Part shown: positions 56,297 to 64,000 of the stretch, one piece after another
How positions within the stretch are numbered: the first letter of the stretch is position 1
Layout: each line of letters starts with the position of its first letter
Virus record (IMG/VR): IMGVR_UViG_3300046665_000434
Coordinates: 90,262-154,261 of that record
Length of the DNA stretch: 64,000 bases
Strand: one strand, 5' to 3'
Source of the DNA: a virus
Notes under the pieces: model-generated
Databases searched by the model: none
What the model was told of the DNA's origin: nothing
What the model saw: only the letters and a program-made list of their open reading frames with translations
Made by a program: the position numbers and the translations under genes

Positions 56297-56878
56297 TTAT
56301 GCAATGGTTTCTAACACGTCGCCGAATGCACAGACGCAGAGCACCAGTATGACGTGGTTAGGCACCGTCTCAACCCCACCTCCGCCGCTAGCAGTTACGC
56401 TGTGGCTGTGGTTTGTGTTTGGGTAATACTGGATACCGTTATCCGCACCAGCATCGCCGATACCGGGGTCGACGTCGTAAATGATGTTATACGGTAAGTC
56501 GTACCACTGGATGACGGTAACCCCGTGAGTATGACCACCCCCCGATGCCAACTGGCCGCCCGGATGACCGTGACTCCTCACCGCGCTACCCCCGATGTTG
56601 AACACCGGGTCGCCGTTGTGTGGATTCACTTGTTCGATAATGTCAGTTACTTCCAGGATTCGGAAACGTCCGCTCCCATCTCGACCATGTCGATAACCAA
56701 TTGCCCGGAAGAGTGCAGGTTGATCAGTAGGCGAATAGTAACTACCATCCGCTTTTAACCATCCTGCCGGGATCGCAGACGTTGGAAAGTAAGCAAGTTC
56801 ACCTGGCTGAATCAGTGGGTTGGTTGGGCCTGTAGGAGGCCTTACGTGGTAGCGAAAACGAATGAATTCATCAGCCAT
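56297..56878 (-). CDS. Tail-collar domain fibre protein
   Basis: GELAYFP....PAGWLKADG..PALFRAIG; HGH/HTH/HSH; ETVP. Confidence 0.85.
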   Translation of the reverse strand: MADEFIRFRYHVRPPTGPTNPLIQPGELAYFPTSAIPAGWLKADGSYYSPTDQPALFRAIGYRHGRDGSGRFRILEVTDIIEQVNPHNGDPVFNIGGSAVRSHGHPGGQLASGGGHTHGVTVIQWYDLPYNIIYDVDPGIGDAGADNGIQYYPNTNHSHSVTASGGGGVETVPNHVILVLCVCAFGDVLETIA

Positions 56879-56887
56879 GTGACCTCC

Positions 56888-57802
56888 TTAAATGACCCAG
56901 TTCTGGTCAGTTCCGATCCATACCGGTAGGCGCTGATAAACGTCGTTGACCAAAACAGGCTCGCCGACGGCCGCTGTACCGTTCACGCATTTGATCTTCT
57001 TGTCGTTACTGACGATGTAAGGCTCGACGCCCAGAAGTGCCTGGATCATTACCCAGTTGCCAGTAACCACCGAACCGGTAATAGAAGGCATGGTCAACTT
57101 GACGTTATTCTTGATGACCAAATAACGACGGTTGATCTCAAGTACGGTGTCATGGTCGACAATCACGTAGTTGAGTTCACGACGAATCGCTTCCAACGCG
57201 CTGGTCAACCGATCATCGAACTCCAGCAGCTTGTCAGTGACTTGCTGCACCAGCAGTTGACGAGAAGCCGTGTCGCCGTCACGGATCGCATTACCCAGGT
57301 CATTAATGGCCCAGATCATGTTTTCCCAACGATACGTCTCGTAGATCGAGTGTTTGTGCGGCGTAGGGTTGAAGTACGCAGGTACACCAATGATCTCGCC
57401 CCAGTACACAGGCCGGTCATCGCCAGTCAACAGATCGATCATGGCTTTCAATGCAGCAGTAGAGTACGAGAACTCACCGCCGACGTATTGGCCAGTAAAA
57501 TAGATCTGAGTACCAATGTCAGGGTTGATGATCTGAACACCGGCATAAACCGGTTGACCTGTAGCCTGAGTCGCTTCGTCGTACAAATGAATCAACTTGT
57601 AGTCGACGTTAGGCAACAGGTTCTGACCGGTAACGGCATCTTGCAACACCAAGTTAGTGTTGTTGAAGAAAGGGCCATAATCCGGAGCAAACAATCGCCC
57701 GCGGCGAGAGCCGATCACATGGGACTCGTTAACGACCTTGTTATCAGGACTCGTGCCCGACAAGTCAAGCGGGTACTTGAAAATGATAGGAACTGATGGC
57801 AT
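56888..57802 (-). CDS. Virion tail-associated protein
   Basis: KYPLDLSGTSPDNKVVNESH..P.YGPFF..YVGGEF..P.PHKH; paralog of 57818. Confidence 0.75.
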   Translation of the reverse strand: MPSVPIIFKYPLDLSGTSPDNKVVNESHVIGSRRGRLFAPDYGPFFNNTNLVLQDAVTGQNLLPNVDYKLIHLYDEATQATGQPVYAGVQIINPDIGTQIYFTGQYVGGEFSYSTAALKAMIDLLTGDDRPVYWGEIIGVPAYFNPTPHKHSIYETYRWENMIWAINDLGNAIRDGDTASRQLLVQQVTDKLLEFDDRLTSALEAIRRELNYVIVDHDTVLEINRRYLVIKNNVKLTMPSITGSVVTGNWVMIQALLGVEPYIVSNDKKIKCVNGTAAVGEPVLVNDVYQRLPVWIGTDQNWVI

Positions 57803-57817
57803 GGGGTATTAACCTTA

Positions 57818-58855
57818 TTAACGAGCGTTGAGTGTGATGATGCCTGCCTCGAAGGCCGAGGTTACCGTATCCACCACTGCGTTGAGGGAAGATTCCGTCT
57901 GAGCAAGAACTGCGGTGGCCACGTCGGATTTGATTCCGTCTAGGTCATCGGTCGTCAGGGTGGTATCCAACTTCTGATTTATCACATCCAGCAAATCGTT
58001 GATCTGCTGTTGCGTGTAATAGCTGTTGAACTGATTACGGATACCCGTCAGGAGGAGGTTCATCTCTCCTTTGGTGTAGTAATCGCCTTCGCCAGGACCC
58101 GTGCCGCCACCGCCGCCATTCTCGATCAGCTCTTGAAGTTTCTGATCGATCTCAGAAGCAGTGTAATACGTATTGAACTTCGCCATGATGTCGGCGATCA
58201 TGGTGTTGATTTCAGACTTCTTGTAGTACAGGCCAAAAAGAATCGGCGGGTTCTGCAAGTAAGTATCTGTTTGGTTTTGTACGGCGGCCACCAATGCTGC
58301 GACAGCTACCAGCATTTCTTTCATGCCGGTGAAGTCATCGGCAGGGTGGTTGTGCTCTACCGGAGGGAACACTTCCGGTTTGCCGCTGACTTCATCGTAG
58401 GTTACTGAACGAGGATCAACCAGACGGTTGGCGAGGATCTCGAAGATCTTGTTCTCGTCGAGTGTCCAGTTACCGCCGAGCGTCTGATACTCGAGTTCGA
58501 TCTGGCCAGAGAGCGTCGGATCGAAGAACAGAATACTGCCGTAGATCCCGCCGAGCACGTTCTGCAACTCGTAGGAAGCCGCCTGGAATTCGTGACCACA
58601 GGCATAATCGGTTCCGCGGGTGAGGTACTGGCCCGTCGGGATGTATTTGATCTTCAGCGAGTCACGGAAGTACGGCGTTGCAAACGGGATCGCGAAGTGG
58701 AAACGGATGGCAAAGTCGCCACTCTCCAATTCCTGATCGGTCGGAGCATCCGGCGGATTCAGTGTCTGACGTTCGCCTTTGACGAGGTTGGTGGTCGCAG
58801 TGCCGGTCTGGTCTTCCGGATAGAGGTATTGCAGTACTGGATCTGTAGAAGCCAT
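57818..58855 (-). CDS. Virion tail-associated protein with YYTxxEI repeats
   Basis: YPEDQTG...NLVKGE..P.ATPYF..YQTLGG..PP.EH.H; four YY(T/K)xx(E/Q)(I/M) repeats. Confidence 0.75.
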   Translation of the reverse strand: MASTDPVLQYLYPEDQTGTATTNLVKGERQTLNPPDAPTDQELESGDFAIRFHFAIPFATPYFRDSLKIKYIPTGQYLTRGTDYACGHEFQAASYELQNVLGGIYGSILFFDPTLSGQIELEYQTLGGNWTLDENKIFEILANRLVDPRSVTYDEVSGKPEVFPPVEHNHPADDFTGMKEMLVAVAALVAAVQNQTDTYLQNPPILFGLYYKKSEINTMIADIMAKFNTYYTASEIDQKLQELIENGGGGGTGPGEGDYYTKGEMNLLLTGIRNQFNSYYTQQQINDLLDVINQKLDTTLTTDDLDGIKSDVATAVLAQTESSLNAVVDTVTSAFEAGIITLNAR

Positions 58856-58938
58856 GAACGGTCTCCGTTAATGTATGAAGCGCCACCACCTGCTATCTGG
58901 CTAGGCATATCATTTTTGAGGCATCTGGAGGATTAGGT

Positions 58939-60219
58939 ATGTATACGTGCGATAAAGCACTGTTGAAACAACGCGGCGATAATAGTCGGGTGTTGGAAGC
59001 GGTGGTGAACACCGTCAAAGTCCGGAGTATCCTTGACGAAAACTCCATCGCCATCCTCGTACTGTCTCACGTCGATGTTGACCACCAGATGAGTCTTGAC
59101 CTGACTACCGTGACAGATCTGATCTACGGTCTGCGTGACGACATCACGGTCGACGAGTGGCTGCAAGTGCTGGGTGATACTGCCCTACCTACAGTAGACA
59201 CCGTACCTACAAGGACCGCAGCCGTCGCTAAGTGCAACGATCTGTTCATTGCGGGCTACCATGCTACTAAGGTGCACCCAGGCGCCAGCGTCGATTCTGA
59301 CTTCCCCGATGAAGAATTGACCGACATCCTCGTCACCAAGACAGACGTCGACTATCAGCTGTTCTACGATCACTGCCTCGTCACCGTAAACGGTCTGTTG
59401 CACTTGACTGACGCGTCGACTGCTGGTGTGACGATTATCGACGGCGGCCGTACGGTCAACTACTCGAACAAACACGAGATCAGCATCATCAGCTTCCGTG
59501 ACATCGGCAAGGTGGCGTGCTACCCGATCAAGTCTGAGAACGTTTATAAGCGTGGCGGTACAGCGCTCAAGAACGGCTTCAACATCAACTTACCGGGTGT
59601 TGATCTGAACAACAAGGTCATCATGGTGTCACTGGGCGGCTATCTGCACTTTGCTAACCATTGCTATAAGATGATCGGAGACAACACGATCAACATCGAA
59701 TGGTACAAACTACTGTTCGAAGAACGCTACTTCAATTCGGATAGCCTCATCGATTTGGACGCGTTTAACAAGACCTTGGTCAGGAACCCTAACCACGGTG
59801 ATACACTCGACATGTTCCAGGCAATGAGTGACGAATCGATCATGGCGTATCTGACCTTGAGTCAGACATTCATCATCACACTCGATGCCAGCAACTTCTA
59901 CTTCGAGCGTCATCCGTTGGAACGCACCGGTTTGTTTGGCCGGTACTACACTTACGAGCGTCCCGACTTCCCACTACAACTGGAGAGTGGACTCCTGCCT
60001 GCGTATGTGGCTGTGCCTGAGACCGAGGCGTATGTGATTGCCATTCCTGACAACTACGTCCGTCGGTACGTGAGCGAAACCAAGAAGCCATCGGATGATG
60101 GTTACTTCAGTGGTGCATTATATTCCAGCCATCCTACTCGCGAAGGCGATGGGTATCTGCTGGAACTGGGCACTGAGTTCTTGACGACGCCTACGACAAC
60201 TACGGCTACTGCTCCTTGA
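58939..60219 (+). CDS. Conserved phiKZ-like (probably virion) protein
   Basis: CLVTVNGLLH and VSLGGYLH internal repeat; GGAGGA SD. Confidence 0.7.
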   Translation: MYTCDKALLKQRGDNSRVLEAVVNTVKVRSILDENSIAILVLSHVDVDHQMSLDLTTVTDLIYGLRDDITVDEWLQVLGDTALPTVDTVPTRTAAVAKCNDLFIAGYHATKVHPGASVDSDFPDEELTDILVTKTDVDYQLFYDHCLVTVNGLLHLTDASTAGVTIIDGGRTVNYSNKHEISIISFRDIGKVACYPIKSENVYKRGGTALKNGFNINLPGVDLNNKVIMVSLGGYLHFANHCYKMIGDNTINIEWYKLLFEERYFNSDSLIDLDAFNKTLVRNPNHGDTLDMFQAMSDESIMAYLTLSQTFIITLDASNFYFERHPLERTGLFGRYYTYERPDFPLQLESGLLPAYVAVPETEAYVIAIPDNYVRRYVSETKKPSDDGYFSGALYSSHPTREGDGYLLELGTEFLTTPTTTTATAP

Positions 60220-60233
60220 ACCAATCCTGACGA

Positions 60234-60264
60234 CATAAGGCCGGGGCTAGACCCCGGCTCTATG
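60234..60264. terminator. Bidirectional CATA..TATG hairpin terminator
   Basis: GCCGGGG-CTAGA-CCCCGGC between convergent genes. Confidence 0.7.
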
Positions 60265-60267
60265 CTG

Positions 60268-60531
60268 TTAAGGAATATTCATCCACGGGTTGCCGTTAGC
60301 GTCGTGAGTACATGATGCCAGACTACCTTGCCGAACGATAGGTATTCCACGGATGCGTGCCCAAGGAGAACCCGTCACCATGATAGGTCCTGCGTGAGCG
60401 CCTGTGCCGTGCCCTGCTACCCCGTCACCAACAAGCGAGATAGACAACCCCTCTACTCGATAAGTGACTGCTCCTGGGCCTGTGATGACCCCGCCTGCGA
60501 TTGACTCGCCTACCAACGATACCATTGCCAT
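60268..60531 (-). CDS. PAAR-like spike tip protein
   Basis: SLVGD...GH...H..TGSP...I.GIPIVRQG..ASCTH; TAATG-coupled to the spike gene. Confidence 0.8.
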   Translation of the reverse strand: MAMVSLVGESIAGGVITGPGAVTYRVEGLSISLVGDGVAGHGTGAHAGPIMVTGSPWARIRGIPIVRQGSLASCTHDANGNPWMNIP

Positions 60532-61382
60532 TATGGACCACCGTCCCACATTGGGGCTTTGACGACAATACCTGCCGACGTATGAGTTTGTGTGCTACCA
60601 CCGCCATCAAGGAGGAGTTGTAACCCTGCCTTAACAGTAGCATTCTTGCCGACAGTGACTGTCATGTTTCTGGCCACATCGACTAGCATGTCTTGGGGAG
60701 CGTACATCTTGATATCTTTCTCATCAAGTTTGATGAACGTACCCTCAGCATTCTGAAGATGAATCAACTTCAAAGCACTGACCAGATTGATAAAGTTACC
60801 AATATCGTCCTTGATATTGAACTCGCCTTTATCGAAGTCGAAGTACATCTCGTACAGAAACGGCTCACCGTTAGCTTTACAGCTACTGAAAGCAAGCTTC
60901 TTGCTGTGAGACGAGAACTCAATCCAGTACATGTTGGCTGGGCTGAGTACGGTATCTACACCCGGCTCCTGTTCCTGGGTAGACGCACTGATGCCCCAGA
61001 CAATCGTTTCCAGTTTCTTGAGATGGTCATCAAGACCCATGTCGCGCCACCAGAACTTATCCTGGTTAGCGGCCTGCCAGATCTCTACGCGATTACCGCG
61101 ACGAACATCGGGAGGCGATAGGCGGTTAGTACCAGCTGGCATCCACGTACACTTGATAGTGTTGTTACCGGCGACCTTGCCAGTAATGGCATTGCCTTGA
61201 GAATCCGTTGTCGCAAAGGCCAATTGTTGAGGGTTATCGGTAAGTTCACCATCTCGCATGGTCAACCATTCGGTAGGAGTAATCTCCACCTCTTTGACAA
61301 ACCCACCGCCCTCAGGGTGAGTAAGACCCTTGTTCTCAGCAACGACGCCGACGGCCACCTTACGGTAAGCAGACACGTTCAT
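60531..61382 (-). CDS. Baseplate central spike protein (phiKZ gp164-like)
   Basis: OB-fold-like W.P...NR.SPPDVRRG; C-terminal beta-helix repeats; adjacent to PAAR. Confidence 0.75.
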   Translation of the reverse strand: MNVSAYRKVAVGVVAENKGLTHPEGGGFVKEVEITPTEWLTMRDGELTDNPQQLAFATTDSQGNAITGKVAGNNTIKCTWMPAGTNRLSPPDVRRGNRVEIWQAANQDKFWWRDMGLDDHLKKLETIVWGISASTQEQEPGVDTVLSPANMYWIEFSSHSKKLAFSSCKANGEPFLYEMYFDFDKGEFNIKDDIGNFINLVSALKLIHLQNAEGTFIKLDEKDIKMYAPQDMLVDVARNMTVTVGKNATVKAGLQLLLDGGGSTQTHTSAGIVVKAPMWDGGP

Positions 61383-61449
61383 TCACGACCTCCTAAAATT
61401 TAACTAAGTCGCCCAATACTACAGTTGCTTATCACAAGGTAGCATTACG

Positions 61450-63879
61450 ATGTTCTTCGAATACGTCAGATTGGAAGGATGCGACCGAACATCTCTGAAT
61501 GGCTCTAACGTCATCACTATCCGTCCTACCACCAAAGCTCAGATGGTATTGGGCACAAACGGTAGCGGTAAGTCGAGCCTACTTGAGATCGGATTCAGTC
61601 CCCTTCCCCCGGATGCAGAATACTTCCCTAATGGCGGATCACTCGACCAGACGATCCTGCATAAAGGCCATGTCTATAAACTCAATTCAACGTTTGGAGC
61701 AAAGAACTCTTACTCGTTCATAGTAGACGATGGCGAGAACCTGAATAAAGGCAGAACGGTTACTGCTCAGTTAGAACTCGTCAAGATCCATCTTGGCTAT
61801 GACCGGATGATCCATAAGTTCGTCACCGGCGGTGTCAAGTTCACCAAACTCAGTGTGATGGAACGTCGTGATTGGTTTGCACGATTCTCTCCGACCAACT
61901 TTGACTTTGCGTTTTCTAAATACAACGCTTGGAAGAAGGAGCTCAGCTCTCGTGTCAGCCTGATCAAGTATCTCAAAGAACGTATCCTTGAGACTCAAGA
62001 TCTACTCCATCCCGAAGAAGAGCGCATCTCGATGCGTAAACATTCGGCTGAGCTGCACGATACTCTCGAGATGCTGCTCAGAGAACCTCGTCAGACGACA
62101 GAACCTGTTACTGAGGCTCGTCTCGAGGAACTGACCAACAAGTTGGATTCCGTCACTACGGACTTCTTGTTCCAAGAGTATCCAGACACCTTGGGCGCTG
62201 AAAGCTTTGATGATCTTGATAAGATGCTTCGAGACGTCAGAGACGAGATTCTGCTGGTTCAAGGTGAGCTGAGGTTTGCGTCGGATCGGTACGCAGAATG
62301 TGATCGGCTGAGGGAATTGACTGAAAAGTCGATGAAGGTTGACCCGCAGTATCTGAGAACCTCTCTGTCGCAGCTCCAGAGCGACTATGACGCCATTCCG
62401 GAGTTTGTGACTGGCGTACATGCTTCATTGCTCATCAACGCCGCTAAGCCCATCTCTGAGCTGCGTATGGTCATTGCTGATTTACCAAGGGAACGTAAGT
62501 CAGAGTCAGATGTTCGTATGTTGCAAGAAGCCGTCTTTGAGAAACGGATGCGCTATAACCGCGCTGGCAACCTGATGGAATTGATCAAACAGGAAATTGA
62601 TCAGATCCACAGCTGCGAAGAAGTGACTTGTCCGTCGTGCCGTACTGAATTCAAGCCCGGTGTCGAGCCCGGTAAGCTCGAAGAGTTGAAAGCTAGACTC
62701 GGTAATGGTGAGAAGATCTTCACTGAGATGAGTAACGATGTTGAACTCGCTGAAGAAATCTTCGAAGTTGCTTCGTTGTCTGCTGAAGCCTATGCTCGTC
62801 TTGAAGAGATTCGGGCTACGTATCAAGGCCAGTTCCCTGGATTGTTCGTTTATCTCGACAGTGTTGGATGGCAGGAGCTTGGACGTAGTCTAATTGGTCG
62901 TCTGGCGATCTATGAGCGTGATGCGATCTATGCTGAGAAGAAGCTACAGATCGAGCGAGCCATCGCTACAGTGAGCGCACAGTTGGTCCAGTACGAATCT
63001 GAATCAGGTAACTCTGAAAAGATCATGGCCGATTACAGGCAGGCACAAGAGCGGTACGACGATGTCCATTTCAGGATTCGCCTGCTCAAGGATCGTGAAC
63101 AGATCGTAATCAACGCGATGTATGTGTGGACTAAGTACGGTGAGCAGTACAAACTGGGTATCTCGCTCTACGAGGAATTGAAGTCCGATATCCTCTCTTA
63201 CTGCAACTACCAAGGCGATCTTCAGATTGAGGATCTGATCAGGAAGACCAAGTTGGGTCTGGCCAGCATCGAGCTTACATTGAGTGAGCAAGAGACGCTG
63301 GAGAATCTCCTCAAGGATTCTACTAACCAACTGGCCATGGTAGAGATCGAGCGGATGACGTATGCTCGACTGGTCGATGAGATCTGTCCTAAGAAAGGAT
63401 TGCTCTCTGAAATGATCCACATGCAGATGAGTACAGTCATCAATACGGCCAACAAGATCATCAGACGGCTGTGGGGCTACCCCTTGTTCATGTCGACATG
63501 TGCCGCCGATGAGAACGGTATCGATTACAAGATCCCGATGATGGTTGCTGACAGGCCTCGTAGTGATATTGCCAAAGGTAGTACGTCGATCAAAGATGTT
63601 ATCGACGAGGCGTTCGTCATTACTGGTTACTACTGCATGCAGTTGACTGACTTTCCTCTGCACCTCGATGAGATCGGTTCGTCGTTTGACGAAGCCCACC
63701 GTCACAACCTGTTGCCGATGATCAAAGACTTGGTAGACGATAACCACTTCTCGCAAGTGTTCATCATCAGTCACCAGCTCGATGGTCAGACAGCGTTCCC
63801 CAGTTCTCAAACGATCATCATGGATACAAGGAACATTACGTTCCCTCATCCGTACAATCAACATGTGGAGTTCGACTGA
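61450..63879 (+). CDS. sbcC: SbcC/Rad50-family SMC-like ATPase
   Basis: GTNGSGKS, coiled coils, zinc hook CPSC, LHLDEIGSSFD, ISH. Confidence 0.9.
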   Translation: MFFEYVRLEGCDRTSLNGSNVITIRPTTKAQMVLGTNGSGKSSLLEIGFSPLPPDAEYFPNGGSLDQTILHKGHVYKLNSTFGAKNSYSFIVDDGENLNKGRTVTAQLELVKIHLGYDRMIHKFVTGGVKFTKLSVMERRDWFARFSPTNFDFAFSKYNAWKKELSSRVSLIKYLKERILETQDLLHPEEERISMRKHSAELHDTLEMLLREPRQTTEPVTEARLEELTNKLDSVTTDFLFQEYPDTLGAESFDDLDKMLRDVRDEILLVQGELRFASDRYAECDRLRELTEKSMKVDPQYLRTSLSQLQSDYDAIPEFVTGVHASLLINAAKPISELRMVIADLPRERKSESDVRMLQEAVFEKRMRYNRAGNLMELIKQEIDQIHSCEEVTCPSCRTEFKPGVEPGKLEELKARLGNGEKIFTEMSNDVELAEEIFEVASLSAEAYARLEEIRATYQGQFPGLFVYLDSVGWQELGRSLIGRLAIYERDAIYAEKKLQIERAIATVSAQLVQYESESGNSEKIMADYRQAQERYDDVHFRIRLLKDREQIVINAMYVWTKYGEQYKLGISLYEELKSDILSYCNYQGDLQIEDLIRKTKLGLASIELTLSEQETLENLLKDSTNQLAMVEIERMTYARLVDEICPKKGLLSEMIHMQMSTVINTANKIIRRLWGYPLFMSTCAADENGIDYKIPMMVADRPRSDIAKGSTSIKDVIDEAFVITGYYCMQLTDFPLHLDEIGSSFDEAHRHNLLPMIKDLVDDNHFSQVFIISHQLDGQTAFPSSQTIIMDTRNITFPHPYNQHVEFD

Positions 63880-64000
63880 TGTCATTTAGCGATGAAGACT
63901 TCGGAAGATACCTACTTGAGGCCAGGGAGAACGCTAAGCTTTTACCTAGTCGGCAGTTAGCTGGAACTCTCCCGAGACGGTATCCGGAGTCCGAACCCTT
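63879..64000 (+). CDS. 5' part of a hypothetical protein (truncated by the window edge)
   Basis: TGATG overlap; frame MSFSDEDFGRYLLEAR... stays open to the end. Confidence 0.5.
   Translation, partial: MSFSDEDFGRYLLEARENAKLLPSRQLAGTLPRRYPESEP

Noticed and set aside
56870-56899. AGGAGGTC SD on the minus strand (also at 61385-61396)
   Set aside because: Lacks the upstream GACC arm, so it is an ordinary SD and not the hairpin motif

Overview
64 kb of a phiKZ-like (Chimalliviridae-type, probably nucleus-forming) jumbo myophage genome; the host cannot be read from the sequence. Core genes recognised from motifs and gene order: virion SF2/SNF2-type helicase, S-x-E-rich head proteins, DnaB-like helicase, major capsid protein, non-virion RNA polymerase beta N-terminal subunit, CYTH protein, RuvC-like resolvase, portal, AAA ATPase, modular endolysin, tail-collar fibre proteins, central spike plus PAAR, and SbcC/Rad50. 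About 16 paralogous virion genes share one module (10.3-22.3 kb and 41.2-43.9 kb). Two + strand clusters of small accessory genes (5.8-9.9 kb, 22.4-28.4 kb) start with a shared 40-bp promoter-like element. The most unusual signals are non-coding. (i) Three ORF-free, heavily base-paired 280-400 nt units (5450-5734, 7628-7933, 9891-10288), each running from a TATG to its own terminator, look like stand-alone structured RNA genes. (ii) A hairpin GACC-G(T)AGGA-GGTC, with a compensatory GTCC/GGAC variant, covers the Shine-Dalgarno of ten accessory genes and suggests a translational regulon. Several virion enzymes also look like protease-cleavable polyproteins (helicase + ART-like domain; hydrolase-like + GNAT). 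Family assignments come from motifs and recalled phiKZ gene order, not database searches.
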